This document shows, in pieces, positions 21,052 to 36,119 of a stretch of 64,000 nucleotides of DNA. The stretch lies in NCBI RefSeq assembly GCF_016903815.1, contig NZ_CP069973.1; one strand, 5' to 3'. The first letter of the stretch is position 1, and the number at the start of each line of letters is the position of its first letter. Origin of the DNA: Escherichia coli (GTDB lineage: Bacteria > Pseudomonadota > Gammaproteobacteria > Enterobacterales > Enterobacteriaceae). The translations under genes were made by a program, and so were the position numbers. The notes under the pieces are model-generated. The model had not been told where the DNA came from. It did not search any database and saw nothing but the letters and a program-made list of their open reading frames with translations.

Positions 21052-21478
21052 ACCGGACTCCTCCTGCGATCCCTTCTGATACTGTCATCAGCATTACGTC
21101 ATCCTCCGTCATGTCCGCCACATCCGGGGAAGCGGGGATAACTTCATTCCCGTCCGGGCCAAAGCGGACACCTCCGGCAAGCCCTGCCGCTTTCTGCATC
21201 AGCACATCATCTTCAGGCTCTTCGTCAGCCTCACGCCGGTTCAGCAGACTGAAATCCAGCGGATGCATATCCGGATCGCTGAAAAACAGGCTGAGCACGG
21301 TGTACGTCAGCCCGGAAAAGTGCATATCCAGCAGAACATCATGAAAATAATGGGTACTGTAAAAGCGGTGCCAGTCGGCATACTCCGTGGATGACATCCC
21401 GGCAAGCATGGCACGCCAGTCGGGTCGCCCCATCTCACGCGCCAGTTTCAGGGCAAAACTCAGCTCACCGTCGAACAC
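21044..21478 (-). CDS. T: Tail assembly chaperone T-frame (expressed as G-T fusion by -1 frameshift)
   Basis: ORF in the -1 frame relative to G, overlapping the G 3' end where the GGGAAAG slippery heptamer lies. Confidence 0.75.
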   Translation of the reverse strand: MFDGELSFALKLAREMGRPDWRAMLAGMSSTEYADWHRFYSTHYFHDVLLDMHFSGLTYTVLSLFFSDPDMHPLDFSLLNRREADEEPEDDVLMQKAAGLAGGVRFGPDGNEVIPASPDVADMTEDDVMLMTVSEGIAGGVRYG

Positions 21479-21882
21479 TTTCCCGCAGAAACAGGCTCTG
21501 CGGGCCCGGCGTCCTCTGTCTGTTCAGGGGCATTATTCACCACAAACTCATACATACCAGACAGCCGGTACACCACGTTTTCAGCATGAGAAATTGCCTC
21601 CGTGGGCCAGGTGGTAAGCACTTCCTGCTCAATCTGTTTAACGGCTTCATTCATGGACGGCATCTGCGTCTTCTGCGGATGGTTATGCCACAGGGACATC
21701 GCCACCAGAAACGCGCCGGTTCTGATGGCGTCTTCCACAGTAAACTTCCGGTTGCTGTCTGACTCCGCCTGTTCTGCCTGCCGTTTCATCAGGGCGAGAT
21801 GCTCAATGCGCTGCAGGGCTGACAGTTCAGAAAGCGTGACGGTCACACCGTTATGTTCAAATGATTCGGTTTTCAGGAACAT
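21460..21882 (-). CDS. G: Tail assembly chaperone G
   Basis: 140-aa ORF MFLKTESFEHNGVTVTLSELSALQRIEHLAL..., lambda gpG-like. Confidence 0.9.
   Translation of the reverse strand: MFLKTESFEHNGVTVTLSELSALQRIEHLALMKRQAEQAESDSNRKFTVEDAIRTGAFLVAMSLWHNHPQKTQMPSMNEAVKQIEQEVLTTWPTEAISHAENVVYRLSGMYEFVVNNAPEQTEDAGPAEPVSAGKCSTVS
21476..21482 (-). other. Programmed -1 ribosomal frameshift slippery site GGGAAAG (G to G-T)
   Basis: Minus-strand GGGAAAG a few codons before the G stop, exactly as in lambda G/GT. Confidence 0.75.
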
Positions 21883-21897
21883 CGCTGACTCTCCGGA

Positions 21898-22638
21898 TTA
21901 ACTGGCGGTGACGGTAATTTCTGCAACCGCAGCAAACTCACCATTACCGGATACAACCGGAATGTTGACCTTGCCTGCAGCAACGCCGTTCACGGTGATG
22001 GTCATACCACTGACCGACACGGTGGCTTTTGTTTTATCCGCAGACACCGCACGAAAGCTCTTGTCGGTTACGCCCTCCGGCTGGAAGGCCACGGTCAGCG
22101 TGGTGCTCTGCCCTTTCACCACCGAGGTGCTGGCAGGCGTCACGGTCATGCCGGTTGCCGCTGTTACCGTGCTGCGATCTTCTGCCATCGACGGACGTCC
22201 CACATTGGTGACTTTCACCGTGCGGGTGATCACTTCCTTCGCCGTCACCGCCTTACCGATACTGCTGACCCAGCCACGGAACACATCGACCGTGCCGTTC
22301 GGGAAGCGGATTTTATAGGCACGGGTATCGCCTTCATTAAACCACGCCAGCAGCGCCTGCTGCCCCTGCTCTCCGGGCATCCACGCCAGCGTGAAGCTGG
22401 TATCTCCGGCAGATTTCTGCCCCTGCCCGGTCGCAGTCCAGTCTGCATCTTCATCATCGAGATAGCTGTCGTCATAGGACTCAGCGGTCAGTTCGCCGGG
22501 CGTCAGGTCTTTAACTTTTGCCAGACGCGACCAGTCAACGTCTGAAAGCGGATTCGCATAAGGGTCACCGCTCCCCTTATAAACCCACAGTGTGGTCCCG
22601 GCACCTTTCACCGGCATTGTTGGATTTGGTACAGGCAT
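21898..22638 (-). CDS. V: Major tail protein V
   Basis: [22 protein letters not shown]... with C-terminal Ig-like domain; start taken at the internal Met matching lambda gpV. Confidence 0.9.
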
Positions 22639-22645
22639 AGCGTCC

Positions 22646-23041
22646 TCACATTTCATAGGTAATGACATAAGTCAGATCGGCTGAACTCCACAGGCCCGCA
22701 TCATCGTCGCGCCGGTAGTCATAGCCACTGGCCACCATACTGGTGATCAAATCTGACAGTGCCGGGATATCGCTCATCACCGGATAAATCCGGGACTCCA
22801 TCCACGAATCCAGCTCTGAATCCGGCACCTGAGCAGGCAGGAAAACTTCAATATGCAGCTCCGCCTGCCAGGTATCGCTGTCCAGCTCTTCGCCCGTGTA
22901 TTCAGCGCCGGTGAGATAAACGGCAATTGCCGGAAAATCCGCCTCATCAAAAACAGCGGGGCGACCATCAAAAAGCGTCGCCCCGGTGTCATGCTTCTCC
23001 AGTGCATCCAGTACGGCTGCACGGAGTTCAGTATGTTTCAT
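22646..23041 (-). CDS. U: Tail terminator protein U
   Basis: 131-aa ORF, lambda gpU-like. Confidence 0.9.
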
Positions 23042-23616
23042 CGCTTTATTACCATTCTCAGTTGATGCTGCAGCGCATAGCCCAGCTCTTTCGGAAGACG
23101 TTCACGCCGTATCCGTTCAATATTCTGTTTAAACGCCGTGGTAAGCGGCACCGCCATCGGGATTTTCACCACATCAATGGGGTAACGGTTTTTCCCGGCC
23201 ACACGCTGCATGACATGCCACCGCCCATTTTTCAGTTGCTGAATAAACGCGCCGGGAATACGACGGTTACCCACCACAAGCACGCTGCCGCCACCTTTCA
23301 GGGATGAACGCTGCCCCTTTTTACGACGCCTGCGGCGGGACAGGACAACCCGCGCATTACCCAGCTTGATTACGGGCAAATCCCCCCGGTTAACTTTGAT
23401 TCTGGCCTGCGGGTTTTTGACCGTGGCCCTTTTCAGCCTGGCCCTTTCCTTTACCAGTTTCCGGCGTACCTTTGTCTCACGGGCAACCTGTGACGCCGAC
23501 TGCGATATCGCGGATGAAGCAACGCGGTTAATGGCCATTGCGGCGGCACCGGGCACCGCCGTTTTGCTGATACGGCTGAGGTTTTCAACGGCCTGCTCAA
23601 GACCTTTTATGGCCAT
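23038..23616 (-). CDS. Z: Tail completion protein Z
   Basis: 192-aa ORF, lambda gpZ-like. Confidence 0.9.
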   Translation of the reverse strand: MAIKGLEQAVENLSRISKTAVPGAAAMAINRVASSAISQSASQVARETKVRRKLVKERARLKRATVKNPQARIKVNRGDLPVIKLGNARVVLSRRRRRKKGQRSSLKGGGSVLVVGNRRIPGAFIQQLKNGRWHVMQRVAGKNRYPIDVVKIPMAVPLTTAFKQNIERIRRERLPKELGYALQHQLRMVIKR

Positions 23617-23627
23617 ACATCCCCCTT

Positions 23628-23981
23628 TCAGCGGCGACGGTTAACGGCAGGCGGCACGCCCCGTCCAAGCCAGAGATGACAGCTTCCGCCATCATCCGGC
23701 GAAACCCGATCTACCCAGAAATTTTCCTCACCGATGGTCAGCGTGTCTCCACGCCGCAGCTGCCGCACCTCATCAGTCCGGACAAACAGGGACGGGCTGG
23801 AGCCTTCAACGCGCACGCCCTGTCCGGCATAGCTGATATTTTCAGGGTCATCAAAAACACCACGTATCACCGCACCGGACTGCTCACCGGATGTAATGGT
23901 GGCTGACGTTCCCATGTACCCGCGTATCGTTTCATCGGCGCGGGCAATGGCAGCATCGAACAGGTTATCGAAATCAGCCAC
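23628..23981 (-). CDS. FII: Head-tail joining protein FII
   Basis: 117-aa ORF, lambda gpFII-like. Confidence 0.9.
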   Translation of the reverse strand: MADFDNLFDAAIARADETIRGYMGTSATITSGEQSGAVIRGVFDDPENISYAGQGVRVEGSSPSLFVRTDEVRQLRRGDTLTIGEENFWVDRVSPDDGGSCHLWLGRGVPPAVNRRR

Positions 23982-23992
23982 AGCGCCTCCCG

Positions 23993-24391
23993 TTATTGCA
24001 TTCTGGCCAGGCCGCGCTCTGTCATTTCGGCTGCCACACCGGCAGAGACACGAAACGCCGTTCCCGGCAGCACAAATGCCACAGCCTCATCCCGCGTGGC
24101 GTGAAGTGCATCAGTATGCAGCTTCACCAGTGCCACGACCGTGACCAGTTCAGACGTATCCAGAATCACGGTATCCGGCTGCGCTGATCCCACCTCATTT
24201 TCATGTCCGGTCAGCACATTTTCCCGGCTGAGAGGGGTGTCCTGACCGGCAGTTTCATCCGTGTCATCAAGCTCCTCTTCCAGCTCTGCCACACGGAGCG
24301 CCAGTTCTTCTTTCGTCCCCGTCAGGCTGACATCACGGTTCAGTTGTTCACCCAGCGAGCGGAGACGGGCAATCAGTTCATCTTTCGTCAT
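23993..24391 (-). CDS. FI: DNA packaging protein FI
   Basis: MTKDELIARLRSLGEQLNRDVSLTG..., lambda gpFI-like; start taken at the internal Met. Confidence 0.85.
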   Translation of the reverse strand: MTKDELIARLRSLGEQLNRDVSLTGTKEELALRVAELEEELDDTDETAGQDTPLSRENVLTGHENEVGSAQPDTVILDTSELVTVVALVKLHTDALHATRDEAVAFVLPGTAFRVSAGVAAEMTERGLARMQ

Positions 24392-24432
24392 GGACTCCTC
24401 CACAGAGAAACAATGGCCCCGAAGGGCCATGA

Positions 24433-25458
24433 TTACGCCAGTTGTACGGACACGAACTCATCAGGGTCAGCCAGCAGCATCAGCGGTGCTGACTGAATCA
24501 TGGTGAACTCACGCGCCGGATCGCCGGTGGTCACCCAGTTTTTCGGGTAACGGGCAGAGGCGTTAATGCCTTCGCGCTGTGCGTCCGCATCCTGAATGCA
24601 GCCATAGGTGCGCAGACCGCGTGCCTGAGTGTTCCCCAGCACCATCGTGTTGTCCGGCAGGAAGTTCTTTTTGACGCCGTTTTCCACGTACTGTCCGGAA
24701 TACACGACGATGGCCACATCGCCATACATCCCCTTATAGGACACCGCTTTACCTAGGTCTTTCACCGCTGTCTCCAGCTCGGAATGAGAGCCGCGACGAG
24801 TATCCAGCTTCTCCTTGACGGCTTTGAAGGAACGGAACAGCGCCCAGCCTTTCGGATCGAACACGATGATATTCACCACACCGCTGGCGTTCAGCGCGTA
24901 GGCTTCGATATCGTCGGTCGGGTCATACGTGGACTTGTCACGCTTGCTCCACTCCGTGCCGCCGGACTGCGTGATGTTATTCTCCTCACTGCGGCCCATA
25001 TCCACCTCAACCGGATCGAAGGCTTCACCGGTCATGGTGTATTTGCCCTTAAGCACGGCAGAAACTGCCTGCATCTCTTCGACCTGAGCAATGGCCAGCT
25101 CTTCGTCACGCATGTTCTGCATGATGATGCGACGGCGGCGGTAAGCCGGGTCCGCCAGATTCTGCGGATCTTCATCCGGCAGGCGACGCAGGGTCATCTG
25201 CGGATTCACTTCATGCTTCGGCTTGACATATCCCGGCGTAAATTCAGAGGTGGAGCCGCCACGGGAACGGATAACCTCACCGGAAACAATCGGCGAAACG
25301 TACAGCGCCATGTTTACCAGTCCCGGAATTTGTGAGAGATAGACTTTCTCCGTAGTGAAGGGATAGCTCTCACGGAAAAAGAGACGCAGAAACAGCGGAT
25401 CAAACTTAAATTTCTGCTCATTTGCCGCCAGCAGCTGGGCGGTTGTGTACATCGACAT
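24433..25458 (-). CDS. E: Major capsid protein E
   Basis: 341-aa ORF, same length as lambda gpE. Confidence 0.9.
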   Translation of the reverse strand: MSMYTTAQLLAANEQKFKFDPLFLRLFFRESYPFTTEKVYLSQIPGLVNMALYVSPIVSGEVIRSRGGSTSEFTPGYVKPKHEVNPQMTLRRLPDEDPQNLADPAYRRRRIIMQNMRDEELAIAQVEEMQAVSAVLKGKYTMTGEAFDPVEVDMGRSEENNITQSGGTEWSKRDKSTYDPTDDIEAYALNASGVVNIIVFDPKGWALFRSFKAVKEKLDTRRGSHSELETAVKDLGKAVSYKGMYGDVAIVVYSGQYVENGVKKNFLPDNTMVLGNTQARGLRTYGCIQDADAQREGINASARYPKNWVTTGDPAREFTMIQSAPLMLLADPDEFVSVQLA

Positions 25459-25512
25459 AAAAAAATCCCGTAAAAAAGCCGCACAGGCGGCCTTTAGTGA
25501 TGAAGGGTAAAG

Positions 25513-25845
25513 TTAAACGATGCTGATTGCCGTTCCGGCAAACGCGGTCCGTTTTTTCGTCTCGTCGCTGGCAGCCTCCGGCCAGAGCACATCCTCATAA
25601 CGGAACGAGCCGGACTTGTAGAACGTCAGTGTGGTGCTGGTCTGGTCAGCAGCAACTGCAAGAATGCCAACGGCAGCACCGTCGGTGGTGCCATCCCACG
25701 CAACCAGCTTACGGGTGGAGGTGTCCAGCATCAGCGGGGTCATTGCAGGCGCTTTCGCACTCAATCCGCCGGGCGCGGTTGCGGTATGAGCCGGGTCACT
25801 GTTGCCCAGCGGCTGGTAATGGGTAAAGGTTTCTTTGCTCGTCAT
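25513..25845 (-). CDS. D: Head decoration protein D
   Basis: [27 protein letters not shown]..., lambda gpD-like. Confidence 0.9.
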   Translation of the reverse strand: MTSKETFTHYQPLGNSDPAHTATAPGGLSAKAPAMTPLMLDTSTRKLVAWDGTTDGAAVGILAVAADQTSTTLTFYKSGSFRYEDVLWPEAASDETKKRTAFAGTAISIV

Positions 25846-25854
25846 AAACATCCC

Positions 25855-27154
25855 TTACACTGGTGTGTTCAGCAAATCGTTAACGGCATCAGATGCCGGG
25901 TTACCTGCAGCCAGCGGTGCCGGTGCCCCCTGCATCAGACGATCCAGCGCAGTGTCACTGCGCGTCTGTGCACTCTGTGGTGCTGCGGCCAGAATACGGC
26001 GGGCCGTTTCCACGGTCATACCAGGGGTTTCGGCCAGCACGCATGCCTGTTCTTCGCGTCCGTGAGCCTCCTCACAGTTGAGGATCCCCATAATGCGACT
26101 GTTTTCTGCCGCAACCGCTGCGGTGATCTGCGCGTTCACGTCCGGCTGCGCAGCGCTGGCGTTCTCGCCCTCCGTCGCTTGCACCACGCCAGTAACGTCA
26201 GCCTGCGAAGCAGTGGCTGAAACAGTTGTTGATTGAGTCTCTTTGGTCATTCGCCCTCCTGAGAGACGGGATTTACGTGCATCCAGTGCATCACGCATGA
26301 CGGTGATCGCATCGGTACTGTTCACAAGTTCATCAGCCAGTCCGGCATCAATGGCCTCCTGACCGCTGTACACTGCAGCCTCGGTATCCAGCACAGCCTG
26401 CACGTACAGGCCGGTATATGCCGACACCTTCTGTGCAAACATCCGGCGGGTTGCATCCATCCGGGACTGCAGTGTTTCCCGGACATCATCCGGTAGATGG
26501 CTGTAGGGGTTGCCATCCACCTTATGGCTGCCGCTGTAAATCAGCGTGATTTCCACGCCCTGTTTCTCCAGCGCAGCACCGTAATTACTGTGAGCCATCA
26601 TGACGCCGATGGAGCCTGTCCGGGCGGTCTGCGTGACCAGACGCCGGGAGGCGGCGCTGGCAAGCAGCTGACCTGCACTGCAGTTCATGTCGTTGGCCAG
26701 CGCCCATACCGGTTTTATGTCTCGCACACGGGCGATGATGTCAGCACAGTCAAATGCTCCCGCCACCATCCCGCCCGGTGTGTCCATATCCAGCAGAATG
26801 CCGTCCACCATCGGATCGCTGGCAGCCTGTTGCAGACGGGCGATAATGCCGTTGTAACCGGTCATTCCCGAATACGGCTGCAGCGCCCGCGTCCGGCTGA
26901 CCAGCGTACCGGACACCGGCAGCACGGCGATGCCGTTCATGACCTGATAACTGCGGGCCTGTCGTGGTCCGTCATCATCACCGGATAACGCCAGCGCCGC
27001 GGGTGCCTCTCCGGCAATCAGGCTGTCGCCGGATACTGCATCCGTCAGGCGGCTGATCCCAAGCTGGCCTGCAAGCGCACAAAAGAAAACCCGCGCATAG
27101 GCGGGTTCAAGCATCAGCGGCTCATTAAAAGCCATGCTGGCAATATGCGGGAGA

Positions 27155-27174
<20 letters not shown>
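25855..27174 (-). CDS. C: Capsid assembly protease C (with nested scaffold Nu3 frame)
   Basis: ClpP/SppA-like serine protease; probable GTG start at 27174 giving lambda-like N-terminus TAELRNLPHIASMAF; overlaps the B 3' end by about 20 nt as in lambda. Confidence 0.8.
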
Positions 27175-30855
<3,681 letters not shown>

Positions 30856-30881
<26 letters not shown>

Positions 30882-31401
30882 TCAGCAACCCCGGTATCAG
30901 TTCATCCAGCGCGGCTGCTTTGTTCATGGCTTTGATGATATCCCGTTTCAGGAAATCAACATGTCGGTTTTCCAGTTCCGGAAAACGCCGCTGCACCGAC
31001 AGGGGGATCCCGTCGAGAATACTGGCAATTTCACCTGCGATCCGCGACAGCACGAAAGTACAGAATGCGGTTTCCACCACTTCAGCGGAGTCTCTGGCAT
31101 TTTTCAGCTCCTGTGCGTCGGCCTGTGCACGCGTAAGTCGGTGGCGTTCGTACTCAATAGTCCCTGGCTGGAGATCTGTCTCGCTGGCCTGCCGCAGTTC
31201 TTCAACTTCCCGGCGCAGCTTTTCGTTCTCAATTTCAGCATCCCTTTCGGCATACCATTTTATAACGGCGGCAGAGTCATAAAGCACCTCATTACCCTTG
31301 CCACCGCCTCGCAGAACGGGCATTCCCTGTTCCTGCCAGTTCTGAATGGTACGGATACTCGCACCGAAAATGTCAGCCAGCTGCTTTTTGTTGACTTCCA
31401 T
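30856..31401 (-). CDS. nu1: Terminase small subunit Nu1
   Basis: MEVNKKQLADIFGASIRTIQNWQEQGMPV..., 181 aa, winged-helix DNA-binding; adjacent to cos. Confidence 0.9.
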
Positions 31402-31578
31402 TGTTCATTCCACGGCCAAAAACAGAGAAAGGAAACGACAGAGGCCCAAAAGTTCGTTTTCAGCACCTGTCGTTTCCTTTCTTTTCAGGGGGTATTTTAA
31501 ATAAAAACATTAAGTTACGACGAAGAAGAACGGAAACGCCTTAAACCGGAAAATTTTCATAAATAGCGAAAACCCGCG

Positions 31579-31590
31579 AGGTCGCCGCCC
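31579..31590 (-). other. cosN 12-nt cohesive end (GGGCGGCGACCT on the minus strand) within the cos region of about 31420..31650
   Basis: Plus strand reads aggtcgccgccc; flanking sequence matches the lambda left and right ends in reverse complement (recalled from the lambda sequence). Confidence 0.8.
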
Positions 31591-31789
31591 CGTAACCTGT
31601 CGGATCACCGGAAAGGACCCGTAAAGTGATAATGATTATCATCTACATATCACAACGTGCGTGGAGGCCATCAAACCACGTCAAATAATCAATTATGACG
31701 CAGGTATCGTATTAATTGATCTGCATCAACTTAACGTAAAAACAACTTCAGACAATACAAATCAGCGACACTGAATACGGGGCAACCTC

Positions 31790-32023
31790 ATGTCAACGAA
31801 GAACAGAACCCGCAGAACAACAACCCGCAACATCCGCTTTCCTAACCAAATGATTGAACAAATTAACATCGCTCTTGAGCAAAAAGGGTCCGGGAATTTC
31901 TCAGCCTGGGTCATTGAAGCCTGCCGCCGGAGACTGTGCTCAGAAAAAAGAGTTTCTTCTGAAGCAAACAAAGAAAAGAGTGACATTACTGAATTGCTCA
32001 GAAAACAGGTCAGACCAGATTGA
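31790..32023 (+). CDS. ynfO: Small basic prophage protein, YnfO-like
   Basis: 77-aa ORF between cos and ydfO, the position of Qin ynfO; family assignment from memory. Confidence 0.55.
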   Translation: MSTKNRTRRTTTRNIRFPNQMIEQINIALEQKGSGNFSAWVIEACRRRLCSEKRVSSEANKEKSDITELLRKQVRPD

Positions 32024-32065
32024 AGCAATTTAGATAATCGTGCAGACTACGCCCCCTCATATCAC

Positions 32066-32491
32066 ATGGAAGGTTTATCTATGGATCAGGTAGTCATTTT
32101 TAAACAAATATTTGATAAAGTTCGAAACGATTTAAACTATCAATGGTTTTATTCTGAGCTAAAACGTCACAATGTCTCACATTACATTTACTATTTAGCC
32201 ACAGAGAATGTTCATATTGTATTAAAAAATGATAATACAGTGTTATTAAAGGGCCTAAAAAACATTGTGTCTGTCAAATTTTCAAAGGATAGGCATCTTA
32301 TAGAAACGACCTCTAATAAGCTGAAATCCAGAGAGATCACATTTCAGGAATACAGAAGAAACCTTGCTAAAGCAGGAGTTTTTCGGTGGGTTACAAATAT
32401 CCACGAACAAAAAAGATATTACTATACCTTTGATAATTCATTACTATTTACTGAAAGCATCCAGAAAACTACACAGATCTTACCACGCTAA
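32066..32491 (+). CDS. ydfO: DUF1398-family protein YdfO-like
   Basis: 141-aa ORF in the position of Qin ydfO. Confidence 0.65.
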
Positions 32492-32642
32492 ACCATAACG
32501 TCCGGCTTCTCTCACTCCTGAGCCGGACTGCATTGGTTTAATAAAAACCATCAACAATTGTGATTTAGATATTCGGAACCATTCAAATATAACAAAACCC
32601 CGTAAAAACGAGGTTTATGGATAAATTTTATTATTGAATACA

Positions 32643-32819
32643 TCAGATTAAATTAATCTTGACATCATAGCTTTCAAGACCCGTCATTTTTTCCCGTGCG
32701 GTAAACTGAATACTGGTAACTTCTTTCCCGGTCTTTTTCTTAAGTTCAATAATTTTTTTTGTTATATATTCAGAAATATCTGCTTCTGCTTTTGTTTTTA
32801 AGTTTTCAATATTCATCAT
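32643..32819 (-). CDS. gnsB: GnsA/GnsB-family small protein
   Basis: 58-aa minus-strand ORF not in the track: MMNIENLKTKAEADISEYITKKIIELKKKTGKEVTSIQFTAREKMTGLESYDVKINLI, matching GnsB (...FTAREKMTGLESYDVKI...). Confidence 0.7.
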   Translation of the reverse strand: MMNIENLKTKAEADISEYITKKIIELKKKTGKEVTSIQFTAREKMTGLESYDVKINLI

Positions 32820-32987
32820 TTCCTCTTTTAGTCTGTTATGACTTTCCAGTTACACAGTAAGTCGATTATATGGTGCAAACGTGTAAAAGATAAGATGAAA
32901 CATCGCAATAATCAACATACGATAGTCTAAATTTTACACAAACAGACAAAGAGAATTTTCCTGAATTATCAATGCAATAGCATCAAA

Positions 32988-33218
32988 TCAACTCAAGAGC
33001 CTTATTGCTGCTTCCAGAATTTCTTCTGAAGTAACATGTCGATCCGCGGCTACATAAATGACTTTATGATCTCCGGTCAGAGATGGAAACCCTGCGGCCA
33101 TTACAGTAAGGTGTGTTTTTTCGCCATTTGGATATTCACGCATGATGGTGTTAACTCCAGTCATCGCTGGCACTACCACTGCTGGTTCAGAGTTAAAAAA
33201 AACTATGATTTTTTTCAT
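32988..33218 (-). CDS. Hypothetical small protein (YnfN-position)
   Basis: ORF between gnsB and cspI; start taken at MKKIIVFF; no family recognised. Confidence 0.4.
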   Translation of the reverse strand: MKKIIVFFNSEPAVVVPAMTGVNTIMREYPNGEKTHLTVMAAGFPSLTGDHKVIYVAADRHVTSEEILEAAIRLLS

Positions 33219-33489
33219 GATGTTACCGTAGTATGTGAGTATCCATCGAATAGACACCAAGCAAAAAAGCTCCCGAAGGAGCCTTCATTTTCACTTTTTT
33301 AAATCCAACGACAGACGGCTGGCATTTAAGTATTGTGAAATATTATCAAATGTAATCATCATTGATTTACAAAAGATACATTTTGCCCCGAAAGGATTCA
33401 TGTCAGAAACATCAAAAGATGATGTTCTATACTGGGAACCATGACAACACGGGCATCTAAAGTGAATATGGTTTGTAATATTGTCTACC

Positions 33490-33702
33490 TCAAAGCGCCA
33501 CTACATGAACAGCGGCAGGACCTTTAGGTCCGTTCTCAATACCAAATTCAACTTCCTGATTCTCAGTTAATGTTTTGAAATCGTTGCTCTGAATTGCTGA
33601 GAAATGGACAAACACATCTTTGCTGCCATCTTTCGGCGTGATGAAACCAAAACCTTTTTCAGGGTTAAACCATTTCACTAAACCAGTCATTTTGTTAGAC
33701 AT
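33490..33702 (-). CDS. cspI: Cold shock protein CspI-like
   Basis: [23 protein letters not shown]... with RNP1 and RNP2 motifs. Confidence 0.85.
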   Translation of the reverse strand: MSNKMTGLVKWFNPEKGFGFITPKDGSKDVFVHFSAIQSNDFKTLTENQEVEFGIENGPKGPAAVHVVAL

Positions 33703-34064
33703 AATTATTACCTTTTGAAGAAATTAGCCCTTGGGCAGAATGGTCCGAAAAAAAATATCAGAGAGAAAAACCAACAAGGAAATCTCAAGAGGTACAAATA
33801 ATAAAATTATAACAATGACTGCTTCAGATAAATTTGTAACAAACCAGAACACCATTAACGCATGATTAACCACCCATAGCAAGGATTACTTTTGTAAAGA
33901 AAAACACAGCAATGAAAGAATAGCTTTATTTATTAATAAAACGTGTCATTCTGATTAAGACCTTTTATCTTACCCTTAAGATTTCAGGAATTTTGGCTCA
34001 TGGAAGAGTCCTTTTTATTTAAATTTTACATTCCGCGATGTAAATGTTCCGATTTAATATTACC

Positions 34065-35088
<1,024 letters not shown>

Positions 35089-35092
<4 letters not shown>

Positions 35093-35400
35093 AGATATTT
35101 ATGATGAGGACGCTCGTGCTTATTGGCAGGATTTTCAATCTTAAAGGAGTACTGATGCTGCAGATAAGACTCAACTTTTTCTGACAATTTTTCTGCTACT
35201 TCCAGGAAGACTTGCCGGACGCTCCTTCTGGCTGCTGCCTCATAAAACTCCAGCGCAGCTCCTTCAACACGGTCCATGGCGACATCCAGGTCAAAAATTT
35301 CACCGTCAAAGCGTTCTTTGTCCTGTAAGGCTACAGTTACCGTAACTTTATTCTCAAAATTACGGACTCCTTTCACAACCAGTTCATAGTCTTGAGTCAT
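35089..35400 (-). CDS. ydfR: DUF1327-family prophage protein YdfR-like
   Basis: 103-aa ORF between holin and endolysin, as in Qin. Confidence 0.65.
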
Positions 35401-35404
35401 TGGA

Positions 35405-35620
35405 TTACTCTCCTCTCGCAGCCTTACGCCTGTCTTCTTTAATCTTGAAATAAAGATTTGTCAGATACGTCAGCAGGCCAAAAACCAGGCTACCCAGCAC
35501 ACCGATTGCAGCCCACTGTGACGGAGTTACTTTATCGAGTAACTGCAATGCCCAGAAACCAGCATTACCCGCCGATGTGCCATAGGCAACACCTGTTGTT
35601 AACTTATCCATTGATTTCAT
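35405..35620 (-). CDS. essQ: Pinholin (phage 21 S-like) with dual-start motif
   Basis: [28 protein letters not shown]...; two TM segments; the Met-Lys-Ser-Met start resembles a holin/antiholin dual start. Confidence 0.8.
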   Translation of the reverse strand: MKSMDKLTTGVAYGTSAGNAGFWALQLLDKVTPSQWAAIGVLGSLVFGLLTYLTNLYFKIKEDRRKAARGE

Positions 35621-35836
35621 ATCCTCACCCCGATGTACACGGATGGTGCAATATGTTTGAAAAGATCGGAGTCTACGGGGTAGTTTTGACAGCACACGTT
35701 GTTCTCAACGGCGCTAAAAAAACATACACATTAAAAATGTGGGTAATTATTTTGAAAGAAAGTCATATATAAAATAATAATACGAGAAATGTTTTCATAT
35801 TTAGTGTACTGTATACGGCCATTTATACAGGAAAAG

Positions 35837-36010
35837 CCTATGTCAGAACGTAAAAACTCAAAATCACGCCGTAATTATCTCGTTAAATGTTCCTGCCCAA
35901 ACTGCACCCAAGAGTCAGAACACAGTTTTTCAAGAGTACAAAAAGGTGCCCTTTTGATCTGCCCTCATTGCAACAAAGTATTCCAGACAAATCTTAAAGC
36001 TGTAGCCTGA
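35837..36010 (+). CDS. Hypothetical small zinc-ribbon protein
   Basis: 57-aa ORF with CxxC...CxxC (CPNC...CPHC), Lys/Arg-rich N-terminus; weak RBS. Confidence 0.35.
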   Translation, partial: PMSERKNSKSRRNYLVKCSCPNCTQESEHSFSRVQKGALLICPHCNKVFQTNLKAVA

Positions 36011-36119
36011 TTGATTTTATTAGTAACAAGTATTTTTTATATTTTAATAATATATTTAAAGCAGATAAATAAATATCCTCCGGCATAGCCGGAGGTTTTT
36101 CAAATGCGCCTATAAGGCT

